Assembly (NCBI GenBank): GCA_036507075.1
Contig: DASXQR010000017.1
Location: 100,567-164,566, forward strand
From: Acidobacteriota bacterium
GTDB taxonomy: Bacteria > Acidobacteriota > UBA6911 > JACQSX01
DNA length: 64,000 nt
Direction of reading: 5' to 3'
Below, piece by piece: positions 19,611 through 29,018 of the stretch (positions are counted from its first letter, which is position 1; every line of letters starts with the position of its first letter). Both the position numbers and the translations under genes were made by a program. The notes under the pieces are model-generated. The model searched no databases. It was not told the DNA's origin and saw nothing but the letters and a program-made list of their open reading frames with translations.

Positions 19611-19780
19611 GTTACGGGTTCCGGGTTTCGAGTTACGGGTTTTCGTAACCCAGAAACTTGCTTTTCTCAGTTGCTCTACCGAAGACTCCCGCCTGTAAAC
19701 CCAATCTTTGCCCGCATAGATTTCGGGTCTCTGCAAATTCGTCATATCTCGCAACCCGGAACCCGTAACTCGCAAACCGG
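19611..19780. repeat. GGGTTAC/GTAACCC-type heptamer foldback element
   Basis: gttacgggttccgggtttcgagttacggg ... cgcaacccggaacccgtaactcgcaaaccgg. Confidence 0.8.
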
Positions 19781-19818
19781 ATCCTGCATTGACGAACCTT
19801 CTCCTGGCTGCTAGCTGA

Positions 19819-19847
19819 TTGACAAACCTTCTCCTAGCTGGTAGAAA
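19819..19847 (+). promoter_or_regulatory. Sigma70-type promoter (second copy of a 30-bp tandem duplication)
   Basis: TTGACA-N17-TAGAAA with TGn. Confidence 0.55.
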
Positions 19848-19882
19848 AACTTTTTTCTGCAAACACAGCGGGAGAGGACTGA

Positions 19883-20845
19883 TTGATTCAGGTTGAAAAT
19901 CTCACAAAACGTTATGCCGGCACAACGGCAATTCAGGATGTCACGTTTGACGTCAAGAAGGGAGAGATTGTCGGGTTTCTCGGGCCAAACGGCGCGGGCA
20001 AAACCACGACAATGCGCATTCTGGCGGGATTCATTCCGGCAACCGCCGGGACCGCCCGCGTCAGCGGCTTTGACGTCTTCGAGCAACCGCTCGAAGTGAA
20101 GCGACGAATCGGGTATATGCCCGAAAACCCGCCTCTCTACCTGGAATTGTCGGTAGACTCGTTTCTCACCTTTGTCGGCCAGATCAAGGGCGTCAACCCT
20201 GACAAGCTTCCCTCGCGCCTGGAGGCCGTCAAGGAACAGTGCGGGCTGTCGGATGTCGGAGGCAGGCTGATCAGGCATCTGTCCAAGGGATTCCGGCAGC
20301 GCGTCGGACTGGCACAGGCACTGATCCATGATCCTGAAGTGTTGATTCTGGATGAGCCGACCGTCGGGCTTGATCCTAAACAAATCATCGAAGTGCGGGA
20401 GCTGATCAAGCGGCTGGGGGGAGAACATACCATCATTCTCTCCACTCACATCCTTCCCGAAGTGAGCATGACTTGCCAGCGCGTGGTAATCATCAGTCAC
20501 GGCAAAGTGGTGGCCATCGATACTCCCGAAAACCTCAAGACCAAGCTTGTAGGAGCGCATCAAGTGCATGTCGAGTGCCGCGGTGAATCGGAGAAAATAC
20601 GGGCGGTGCTGGCCTCTGTTCCCGGGCTGAAGAATATTCAGCTCGAATCGTCGAATGCAACGAACCTGTTTCGCGTGGAGATGGAGCCGGGACAGGATGC
20701 CAGGGGAGCCATTGCCCGCGCAGTGGTTCAGAGCGGCGCCGAACTGCTGGAGCTGAGAACCAGCGGCCCCAGCCTGGAAGAAGTCTTCCTGAAGCTCACC
20801 ACTGACGAAATTGCCGAAACCGCCGGAACCGAGGTTGAAGCATGA
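19883..20845 (+). CDS. ABC transporter ATP-binding protein (GldA-like)
   Basis: GPNGAGKTT, LSKGFRQRVG, ILDEPT. Confidence 0.92.
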   Translation: MIQVENLTKRYAGTTAIQDVTFDVKKGEIVGFLGPNGAGKTTTMRILAGFIPATAGTARVSGFDVFEQPLEVKRRIGYMPENPPLYLELSVDSFLTFVGQIKGVNPDKLPSRLEAVKEQCGLSDVGGRLIRHLSKGFRQRVGLAQALIHDPEVLILDEPTVGLDPKQIIEVRELIKRLGGEHTIILSTHILPEVSMTCQRVVIISHGKVVAIDTPENLKTKLVGAHQVHVECRGESEKIRAVLASVPGLKNIQLESSNATNLFRVEMEPGQDARGAIARAVVQSGAELLELRTSGPSLEEVFLKLTTDEIAETAGTEVEA

Positions 20846-21633
20846 AGAATATCTTTACGATCTGGAAGAAGGAACTGAATCTGATGTTCGTGTCGCCGAT
20901 CGCCTACGTGGTGCTAACCATGTTCCTGGCCCTGGCGGGTTTTTTCTTCTACGTCATCGTCACCGGTGTGATGCGCAGCAGCATTCAGGAAATGCTGCGG
21001 TCGCAGCAGTTTGGCGGCCCGCCTCCACCGCGCGATATGGTGCTGGATGTGTTTCGCAACTTTTTTGGCGTTCTGAGCACCATTGTCCTGTTTGTGCTCC
21101 CGATGCTTACCATGGGCTCATTCGCCGAAGAGAAGAAGCGGGGTACCATCGAGTTGCTGATGACGTCGCCTCTCACCCACTGGCAGGTTATCCTGGGGAA
21201 GTTTCTCGGATCGCTCTCGTTCTTTGTGCTGATGCTGCTCCCCACTCTTATTTACGGTTTTTTTCTGTTCAGCCACAGCGAGCCGGCGCCGCAATGGGGA
21301 CCGATACTGTCCGGCTATCTGGGAATTTTCCTTCTGGGCGCGGTGCTGATTTCTATCGGGATTTTCATTTCATCCATGACCGAGAACCAGATTATCGCCG
21401 GGGTTGTAACATTTGCCCTTTTTATTTTTCTCTGGGTGATAGACGTTAATGCCGGGCCTGAGGGGAGTGGTTTCTGGAGCGAGCTGATGCGCTACCTGTC
21501 AATACTCAAATACTACGAAGATTTCACCAAGGGAGTAATCGACACGACAAGCCTCGTTTTTTACGGCAGCCTGATCCTGTTTGGGCTGTTTTTGACGTCT
21601 GCTTCCATTGAATCGATGCGGTGGCGGGAATGA
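20842..21633 (+). CDS. ABC-2 permease (GldF-like)
   Basis: KEL...SPIAY, EEKKRGTIELLMTSP, TENQIIA. Confidence 0.88.
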   Translation: MKNIFTIWKKELNLMFVSPIAYVVLTMFLALAGFFFYVIVTGVMRSSIQEMLRSQQFGGPPPPRDMVLDVFRNFFGVLSTIVLFVLPMLTMGSFAEEKKRGTIELLMTSPLTHWQVILGKFLGSLSFFVLMLLPTLIYGFFLFSHSEPAPQWGPILSGYLGIFLLGAVLISIGIFISSMTENQIIAGVVTFALFIFLWVIDVNAGPEGSGFWSELMRYLSILKYYEDFTKGVIDTTSLVFYGSLILFGLFLTSASIESMRWRE

Positions 21634-23153
21634 ATCGCTTGCTTCGCTATGTTCCGGCGGCCGGGGTGGTGCTGCTGCTGGCCGGCTACTTCTATTATTC
21701 CATTCGAAGCGAGTGGTCTATCGCAGCGCAGGTAATGGTCTATGGAGGGGGAGCGCTGCTGCTGTTTTCCCTCTTCTGGCAGTGGGAGAGAATCCAGAAG
21801 AGCTTTCACCGTCGGGCGGTCCGTTATGGAAGCGCGGCCGGCCTGGTGCTGCTGGTCCTTCTAGGAATTCTTGGGCTGATCAATTTCCTCAGCTTCAAAC
21901 ACAGTAAGCGCTATGACCTGACGGAAAACCAGTTGTTCAGTCTTTCCGACCAATCCAGAAAGATCACGCAGAATCTGAAGCAGGATATTTACGTCACCGT
22001 TTTCCAGAAAGGAAAACTTCCCGACAGCCTTCGGGATCTGATGCTGGAATATCAGGCGGCCGGAAAGCGCTTTCACTTCACCGTGGTGGACCCAGACCAA
22101 AACCCGCCCAAGGCCCGCGAGCTTGGAGTGCAGAGGCTCGGAGACATCATTGTTTCGGCAGGATCCAAAAAGGAGCGGATCGAGACGGCAACGGAAGAAT
22201 CCATTACCAACGCGATAATCAAGGTGACCCGCGGCAAGAACAAGATTATTTACTACGTTACCGGTCATGGCGAGAGAGACTTGAACAGCACCGGCGCCGA
22301 CGGTTTTTCGGTGGCCAAACAAAAGATGGACACACAGAACTACGACCTCAAGCCCCTCGTCCTGGCCGAAGAAAAGAAAGTCCCTGCCGATGCGTCAGTA
22401 GTGCTGGTGGTGGGACCGAAGTTTCAGTTGCTGCAACCCGAGGTGGACGCGCTGCAGAGCTATCTTGACCAGGGAGGACGCCTGTTGCTGCTGGTTGATC
22501 CTGAAACCAATCCCGGCCTGGATGATTTTTTGAAGAGCAAAGGTTTAACGCTCGACAATGACGTGGTGGTCGATGCCAGTGGAATCGGGCAGATGTTCGG
22601 CATTGGCCCGGCGGCTCCGCTGGTGACCACCTACGAGGGACACGCTATTACGCAGGGATTTGAGAATACCATGACGTTCTTCCCTCTGGCGCGATCCATC
22701 ACCACAGCCGCGTCGAGCGATCAGGGCTACTCGTCGCAGGTCTTGATAAAAAGCAATCAGCGGTCCTGGGGAGAAACCGAGCTGAAGGGAGGCAGCGCAA
22801 AATTCGACGCCGGCAAAGACAAGCAGGGGCCTCTGAACATGGCCGTAGTGGCCACCAAGCGGATCGACGACAAGAGGCAGGCCAAGATCGTTCTCTTTGG
22901 CGACTCGGATTTTGCCGGCAACGCCTATTTCCAGCGCCCTACGCCCCGCAACGGCGATCTGTTTTTGAATTCCGTAAACTGGCTTGCAGAGGACACCGAA
23001 CTGATGGCGATCCGGCCGCACGCCCCCCAGTCGCGGAGCATTAACATGTCGCTTGCCCAGACCAACATGCTCTTTTACCTGACCATGATCCTGATGCCGG
23101 CCGCGGCGCTGATTGCAGGCGCTGCCGTCTGGTGGAATCGACGACGAGCTTAA
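21630..23153 (+). CDS. GldG-family ABC auxiliary protein
   Basis: DLTENQLFSLS, GHGE, YLDQGG, GDSDF, NSVNWL; ATGA overlap with the permease. Confidence 0.88.
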   Translation: MNRLLRYVPAAGVVLLLAGYFYYSIRSEWSIAAQVMVYGGGALLLFSLFWQWERIQKSFHRRAVRYGSAAGLVLLVLLGILGLINFLSFKHSKRYDLTENQLFSLSDQSRKITQNLKQDIYVTVFQKGKLPDSLRDLMLEYQAAGKRFHFTVVDPDQNPPKARELGVQRLGDIIVSAGSKKERIETATEESITNAIIKVTRGKNKIIYYVTGHGERDLNSTGADGFSVAKQKMDTQNYDLKPLVLAEEKKVPADASVVLVVGPKFQLLQPEVDALQSYLDQGGRLLLLVDPETNPGLDDFLKSKGLTLDNDVVVDASGIGQMFGIGPAAPLVTTYEGHAITQGFENTMTFFPLARSITTAASSDQGYSSQVLIKSNQRSWGETELKGGSAKFDAGKDKQGPLNMAVVATKRIDDKRQAKIVLFGDSDFAGNAYFQRPTPRNGDLFLNSVNWLAEDTELMAIRPHAPQSRSINMSLAQTNMLFYLTMILMPAAALIAGAAVWWNRRRA

Positions 23154-23155
23154 TC

Positions 23156-24448
23156 ATGATTGCCGGCAAAAAGATCGCTGTTCTGGGCGTAATCTTTCTG
23201 GGACTTCTGGCCTTCGTTTATTTCCACGAAATACGCGGGAAGGGCGAAGCCGACAAGCAGCAATCGGAGGCTAAGAAGGTCGTTCAGTTCAATGCCGACA
23301 AGGTTCGGAAAATTGCCCTGTCGCGAAGAAACGAGAGTCCCACTGTTGCCGTGAAAGAAGGCGCCAAGTGGAGAATCATCGAACCGGTTCAGGCGGTCGC
23401 CGACAGCACGGCGGTTGACGCTTTGCTGCAGTCGTTGGCTGATATGTCCTCGGACCGCACTCTGGAGAAAGTGGACTTAGGAAAATACGGTTTGAAGAGT
23501 CCCAGTGTCACGGTGACCCTGGAGGAACCAGGCAAGAAACTTGTGCTTTACTTCGGAGACAAAGATTTTTCCGGCAGCAATGTCTACCTGACGCTGGACA
23601 ACGCAAAGGTGGAAATTGTTCCCGACGCCGCCTATACCAAGGCGATGGCTCCTGTTTCAGAGTTGCGGGATAAAACCATTCTGGATTTCAACGCGGATGC
23701 TATCGACCGAATCGAAATCCACCGCCAAGGCGATGTTGTGGAGCTGAAGAAACAAAAGGATGGGTGGCGCCTGGCAAGGCCTGTGCCGGATCACGCGGAC
23801 GATGCGACCGTGGATTCGCTGGTCAATTCGATCCGATATGGGCGGATCCAGGATTTTGCCGCGGATTCCCTGGACCAACTCAAAAAATACGGCTTGCAGC
23901 CGCCTGCCTTGCAGATCGTTGTTTTTGCGGGAGAGAAACGAAGCGAACTCAATGTTGGTGGGAAGAGTGGTGACAACAACTACGCGTACGCCGCCGGGCG
24001 GACTGTAGTGTTTACCGTCCCCAAGGACGTTCTGGAGAAGGCAACTCAGCCAGCGGAAAAATTGCTCTCGCGCGAAGTTTTGAAATTCGAACGCGACAAG
24101 GTAAACAAGATTGAAGCCACAACGGAGAAGGGAAAGTGGTCAGTCGCCAGGAAGGGAAACCGCTGGAGCGTCACGGAGCCGGCGGGCAATGAAAAGAAGA
24201 ATTTTCAGGATTCTCGCGTATTGTTCGCTCTGGAAACATTACGCGGTGATCGAGCCAAGAATCCCGGTGCGCTCGTAAAACCGACGCTGGTTTATACGCT
24301 GACCCTATCCGACTCCACCATCCGCGTAGAAATCTTCAAGAAGGGAAAGGACTGGCTGGCCAGGAGCAGCCAGTCAGACAAGGTGTTCCAGGTACCTGAA
24401 GACAAAGTGGAGACCCTGAATAAGTCCATCGAGAGCTTCCTGGAATGA
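23156..24448 (+). CDS. DUF4340 domain protein
   Basis: N-terminal anchor; repeated W-x-I...AD...YGLxxP modules; follows the GldG-like gene. Confidence 0.8.
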   Translation: MIAGKKIAVLGVIFLGLLAFVYFHEIRGKGEADKQQSEAKKVVQFNADKVRKIALSRRNESPTVAVKEGAKWRIIEPVQAVADSTAVDALLQSLADMSSDRTLEKVDLGKYGLKSPSVTVTLEEPGKKLVLYFGDKDFSGSNVYLTLDNAKVEIVPDAAYTKAMAPVSELRDKTILDFNADAIDRIEIHRQGDVVELKKQKDGWRLARPVPDHADDATVDSLVNSIRYGRIQDFAADSLDQLKKYGLQPPALQIVVFAGEKRSELNVGGKSGDNNYAYAAGRTVVFTVPKDVLEKATQPAEKLLSREVLKFERDKVNKIEATTEKGKWSVARKGNRWSVTEPAGNEKKNFQDSRVLFALETLRGDRAKNPGALVKPTLVYTLTLSDSTIRVEIFKKGKDWLARSSQSDKVFQVPEDKVETLNKSIESFLE

Positions 24449-24697
24449 TTTCGAATGCGGAATGTGAAATGCGGAATGATTTTAGATGGGGAATGCGGAA
24501 TGCGAAATGCGGAATGATTTTAGATGCGGAATGCGGAATGCGGAATGCGGAATAAGGAAGTGAGCTTTTTCTATCTTCGGAGAGTCGAGCCAAACATTCG
24601 GCGTTCCCCATTCCGCATTCTCCATTCCCCATTCCGCATTCTCCATTCCGCATTTAAAATCATTCCGCATTCCGCATTCCGCATTCCGCATTCGGAA
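24449..24697. repeat. GCGGAAT/ATTCCGC heptamer foldback element
   Basis: Long inverted heptamer arrays filling the whole gap. Confidence 0.92.
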
Positions 24698-25711
24698 GTC
24701 TTGCTGGTCCTGCTGCTTGCTCTTCTAGTGTCCGCTTCCTGCCGCAGCGATGCCACCAACCGCATTGTGGTTTACTCCACGCACGGCAAGGAGCTTCTGG
24801 GCGACCTGCAAAAACGGTTTGAGGGCCAAAATCCGGGCCTGGATGTCCAGTGGCTGGACATGGGATCGCAGGACGTGCTGGACAGGCTTCGCTCCGAGAA
24901 GGCAAATCCGCAGGCGGATGTCTGGTTTGGCGCCCCCAACGTAATGTTTAGCCAGGCCTCGCGCGAGGGTCTGCTCCAGAGTTACCTTCCCACCTGGGCC
25001 GATAAGGTGCCCGCCTCGGCGCGGGGCTTAAACGACGCGTGGTTTGGGACTTACTTCACGCCCGAGGTGATCGGTTACAACAGTAATGCGGTGAAGGATC
25101 AGGATGTGCCGCGAGACTGGGATGATCTTCTGTTGCCGCGCTGGAGAAAGAGGATCATCATTCGCGACCCGGTCGCGTCGGGGACGATGCGCACGATCTT
25201 TGGAGCTATGCTTTTCCGTTTTCAGAAACAGGGAGACGTCGAGAAGGGCTTTGACTGGCTTCGCCGGCTGGATGCAAACACCAAAGAATATGTGGCCAAT
25301 TCGACGATTCTCTTTCAGAAGATGGCGCGCGGTGAAGCCGACATCACGCTGTGGAACATGCCTGACATGGAACTGCAGCGAAACATCTACCATTTTCCTT
25401 TCGGCTACGTTTTCCCGTCCAGCGGGACACCGTATCTTACCGAGGGGATTGCCCTGGTACGACGGGAAAGGAATTCCGAGGCTGCCCGGAAGTACTATGA
25501 ATTTGTAACTTCAGAGGAGAGTCTCAGAATGGCGGCCGAAAAATATGCCCGCATTCCGGCCCGTGCTGATATCCCCGCCTCCAGCCTTCCTCCCAACATT
25601 GCGCGGGCTCGAGAACAAATCCGCCCCTTGGACCTTGACTGGGAAGTGCTGGAAAAAGAGTCCAAAGGCTGGATAAAAAGGTGGGAAACGGAAATCAGGG
25701 GCTCCGGCTAG
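24524..25711 (+). CDS. ABC substrate-binding lipoprotein, Fe3+/polyamine family (start uncertain)
   Basis: LLALLVSASC lipobox, EKANPQADVWFG, WDDLL, DPVASGT. Confidence 0.85.
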   Translation: MRNAECGMRNKEVSFFYLRRVEPNIRRSPFRILHSPFRILHSAFKIIPHSAFRIPHSEVLLVLLLALLVSASCRSDATNRIVVYSTHGKELLGDLQKRFEGQNPGLDVQWLDMGSQDVLDRLRSEKANPQADVWFGAPNVMFSQASREGLLQSYLPTWADKVPASARGLNDAWFGTYFTPEVIGYNSNAVKDQDVPRDWDDLLLPRWRKRIIIRDPVASGTMRTIFGAMLFRFQKQGDVEKGFDWLRRLDANTKEYVANSTILFQKMARGEADITLWNMPDMELQRNIYHFPFGYVFPSSGTPYLTEGIALVRRERNSEAARKYYEFVTSEESLRMAAEKYARIPARADIPASSLPPNIARAREQIRPLDLDWEVLEKESKGWIKRWETEIRGSG

Positions 25712-25917
25712 CTCGATTATTCAGGAGAACTTAACCGCCAAGACCGCCAAGAGCAGCGCAAAGGACGGGGCTGAAGCTTGAAGTATGAAGGCCATCCAGG
25801 CAGCATCAAAAGTTGGCGTGATGCCCTTCATACTTCAAGCTTCAGCCCCGTCCTTTGCGCCATTCTTAGCGATCTTGGCGGTCTTGGCGGTTAAGATTTT
25901 TTGAATAGTTCGAGCTA
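25709..25917. repeat. ~210-bp foldback element (CCGCCAAG arms), copy 1
   Basis: Arms of ~90 bp including a perfect stretch of more than 30 bp; relative at 39649-39845. Confidence 0.9.
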
Positions 25918-25970
25918 ATTCGATTTTCAAATTCGAAACTCGCACCCCCAACCTGCTAACCTATTGCTGC

Positions 25971-27023
25971 ATGTCATTGGTGCTCGACAACGTCTCAAAG
26001 AAATATGGCGCGACGCAAGCGGTGACAGACTTTTCGCTTGAGATGAATGCCGCAGAGATCTTGTGCCTGCTGGGACCGAGCGGCTGCGGCAAGACCACCA
26101 CGCTGCGTCTGATTTCCGGGCTGGAATTTCCCGATCAGGGCAGGATCGGCTTCGACGGGCACGACATTACGGACGTGGCTCCGCAGAAACGCCGCTTTGG
26201 CATGGTATTTCAGTCCTATGCATTGTTTCCTCACATGAACGTGTTTGAAAACGTCGCGTTCGGTCTGAGAGCTCTGGGCGTGGGAAAAGGCGAAATTCGC
26301 GAGCGCGTTAGAAAGGCCCTGGAACTGCTCCAGATTGATTCAAAGTTTGATCGCCGAATTCAGGATCTCAGCGGAGGCGAGCAACAGCGTGTTGCGGTCG
26401 CTCGCGCTGTTGTCATTGAACCGCGCCTGCTGCTGCTGGATGAGCCGTTGAGCAATCTGGATGCCGTGTTGCGTGAAACCACCCGCACTCAGCTTCGGCA
26501 GCTGATCCGCAGGCTGAGGATTGGCGCCGTTTTTGTTACGCACGACCAGGAAGAGGCGTTTGCGCTGGGTGATCGAGTGGCCGTGATGAAGTCCGGCAGG
26601 CTTCAGCAGCTCGGAACCCCGTCGGAAATATATGAGCGTCCGGCAAACCTGTTCGTGGCGCAATTCATGGGAAAGTCCAACGTCCTCGACGTAAGCGCTC
26701 GCAACGGATCCGGGCAGTTCTCAACCGGTGATCTGGTCTGGAAAGCGGGCCGGCCCGCGGAGCGGTCCGGCAGTATGCATGCGTTCTTTCGACCCGATCA
26801 GGTCCAGCTCGGTGGTGCCGGCATTAATTCAGCTACCGTGGAGATTGTGGATCTGCAACGCACCATCCGCGGCCTGTTGCTGGTGGCGCGTTTGGAAGCG
26901 CATCTGATTGAAGTGCAGGCGCCCATGTCCGTGTCGGATTCATCTCTCTCCCGCCTCAAAATCGGCGACCAGGTACAGATCTACGTACCGCCCGATGCGA
27001 TTCATCTCTTTCCGCATGAGTAA
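25971..27023 (+). CDS. ABC importer ATPase (FbpC/PotA family)
   Basis: GPSGCGKTT, VFQSYALFPH, LSGGEQQR, VTHDQEEA. Confidence 0.92.
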   Translation: MSLVLDNVSKKYGATQAVTDFSLEMNAAEILCLLGPSGCGKTTTLRLISGLEFPDQGRIGFDGHDITDVAPQKRRFGMVFQSYALFPHMNVFENVAFGLRALGVGKGEIRERVRKALELLQIDSKFDRRIQDLSGGEQQRVAVARAVVIEPRLLLLDEPLSNLDAVLRETTRTQLRQLIRRLRIGAVFVTHDQEEAFALGDRVAVMKSGRLQQLGTPSEIYERPANLFVAQFMGKSNVLDVSARNGSGQFSTGDLVWKAGRPAERSGSMHAFFRPDQVQLGGAGINSATVEIVDLQRTIRGLLLVARLEAHLIEVQAPMSVSDSSLSRLKIGDQVQIYVPPDAIHLFPHE

Positions 27024-28689
27024 TCGCGCGCGCGCCGTCGTCGTTGCCCTGGTGGTGTTCATAGCGGTATGGCTGATACTTTTTCCACATTTGTTTATCG
27101 GCGCGGAAAGTGTCCGCACCGCGGACGGCTGGGGTTTGGAGAACTATCGCCAGTTTTTCACCGAACCCTCCAATCTTGAAGCCACGCTGAACAGCTTCTG
27201 GATCTCGGTCTGGAGCGTCTTGCTGGCAGCCGTGATTGGAACCCCTCTGGCGTTTCTTTTCCATAACCTGGAGTTTCCGGGGCGAAGGATATTTGCAACG
27301 CTTGCAGGGCTTCCCATACTGCTGCCACCGCTGGTCGGGAGCATCGCGATCATGTTTCTCTACGGCGAAAGCGGCGTCTTCAGCCGCTCGCTGCAGGCCG
27401 TTCTGGCCTTGAGTGAGCCTCCTTTTCGGTTCACGGGGTTTTTTGCAATCCTTGCCGTGCATGCTTATACGCTGTATGTCTATTTTTTTCTTTTTGTCAG
27501 TTCCGGATTGGATCGGCTGGATCGCTCGCAACTGGAAGCCGCCCGCAGCCTGGGGGCGTCACAAACCCGAACATTTCTCAGCATCACGCTGCCGCTGCTC
27601 ACGCCTGCTCTGGTGGGAGCATCGCTGATTACATTTTTGACGTCGATGGCAAGCTTCAGCGCGCCATACCTCTTTGGGGGTGGAACGCGCGTTTTAACGG
27701 TGCAGATCTTCAATGCCAAAGTTAACGGCGACGTCGCTCTTGCCTATACGCAGTCGATCGTCCTGGTATCGGTTTCGATCTTGATGCTGGCACTGCTGCG
27801 GTATTTTGAATCGCGCCGGTTGTATGCCGGGGCTTCCAGAGGAACTGCTGCCGTGCGGCGGCGCATTGGCAATCCGCGGTTGGAAAAACTGCTGGGGTTG
27901 GCGGGGATTGTTGCGGTCATCTTCCTGCTGCTGCCGCACCTGACCATCCTGCTGGTCAGCTTTGTGAAGGAAGGTTCCTGGACGACGCAGATCCTGCCTC
28001 CCGAGTACAGTACGGAGAATTACCGGCGGCTGTTCGCCGATGCGCAGTTTTTTGAGCCGATCCGCAACAGCCTGCTGATGTCTCTGGCGGCCACGCTGGC
28101 CAACCTGGTCTGGGGTTTTCTGGCTGCCTACCTGCTGTCATCAAAGAGGGCGTTTCTGGGACGTCGCGTGCTGGAAGGCATCATTCTCCTGCCCTGGGCG
28201 CTGCCCGGAACGGTAATGGCCATTGCGTTGGCCTCCACTTTTTCTGTGAATGCCCCGCTGCAGGGCCGTATTTTGCTGGTGGGTAGTTTCTGGATCCTGC
28301 CGCTTGCGTATTTTGTGCGGAACGTGCCTTTGATGGTGCGGGCGATTCAATCCAGCTTCGCTCAGGCGGATCCTGCTATTGAAGAAGCCGCCTACACGCT
28401 TGGGGCAGGCCCGGTGCTTACGCTGCGGAGCGTCGTGGTGCCGTTGGTGATGCCGGGAATTGTCACGGGCAGCCTGATGGCATTGGTCATGGCTTTGGGC
28501 GAGTTTGTTGCTTCCATCGTCTTGTACACTCCTCTAAACCGCCCCATCTCGGTAGAGATACTGGCGCAACTCAGACAGTTCAGCTTCGGAACAGCCGCGG
28601 CCTACGGCGTAGTGCTGAGCATTCTGATCGCGGCCGTTTTTATAGCTACACAATTGCTCAGTGGGAAGACAAATCAATTCCGCATTTGA
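27016..28689 (+). CDS. ABC importer permease (FbpB-like, two TM modules)
   Basis: Two EAA loops (LEAARSLGA, IEEAAYTLGA); ATG 27016 overlaps the ATPase end. Confidence 0.9.
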   Translation: MSNRARAVVVALVVFIAVWLILFPHLFIGAESVRTADGWGLENYRQFFTEPSNLEATLNSFWISVWSVLLAAVIGTPLAFLFHNLEFPGRRIFATLAGLPILLPPLVGSIAIMFLYGESGVFSRSLQAVLALSEPPFRFTGFFAILAVHAYTLYVYFFLFVSSGLDRLDRSQLEAARSLGASQTRTFLSITLPLLTPALVGASLITFLTSMASFSAPYLFGGGTRVLTVQIFNAKVNGDVALAYTQSIVLVSVSILMLALLRYFESRRLYAGASRGTAAVRRRIGNPRLEKLLGLAGIVAVIFLLLPHLTILLVSFVKEGSWTTQILPPEYSTENYRRLFADAQFFEPIRNSLLMSLAATLANLVWGFLAAYLLSSKRAFLGRRVLEGIILLPWALPGTVMAIALASTFSVNAPLQGRILLVGSFWILPLAYFVRNVPLMVRAIQSSFAQADPAIEEAAYTLGAGPVLTLRSVVVPLVMPGIVTGSLMALVMALGEFVASIVLYTPLNRPISVEILAQLRQFSFGTAAAYGVVLSILIAAVFIATQLLSGKTNQFRI

Positions 28690-28734
28690 ATCACCGCCCC
28701 ACAAATCCTCAAATTCCACCTTGCCAGGCTCCTT

Positions 28735-28865
28735 GCCACGAAGTCACGAAGGCACGAAGTTCAACAGTTCTATTCGAAGTGACACTCGGGCAAAAACAAT
28801 CAATATTTATGAGAAGTGCCACTACAAACTAAATCTCGCCTTTCGTGTCTTCGTGTCTTCGTGGC
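28735..28865. repeat. CCACGAAG-arm foldback element with AGTGNCACT core, copy B
   Basis: Cores AGTGACACT at 28778 and AGTGCCACT at 28815. Confidence 0.88.
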
Positions 28866-28914
28866 GGTTTCGGCGGTCGGGCTTGCCGGGTTCCACACCG
28901 GAGCGAAAAGCCTG

Positions 28915-28965
28915 GCTTGGTGCCTTGGTGGTTCCAAAACTTTTTTCACCACCAGGACACCAAGC
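28915..28965. repeat. CTTGGTG/CACCAAG 9-periodic hairpin (similar copy at 35353-35399)
   Basis: gcttggtgccttggtgg ... ccaccaggacaccaagc. Confidence 0.75.
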
Positions 28966-29018
28966 TCCAAAACTTTCATTCTGCCGCATCGTTGGTCCGT
29001 GCTACCGTGGTTGCAGGT

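Noticed and set aside
24336..24905. ORFs reading MRNAECG.../FRIPHS... (also 2762, 47531, 57909, 58153)
   Set aside because: These are translations of heptamer arrays, not credible proteins
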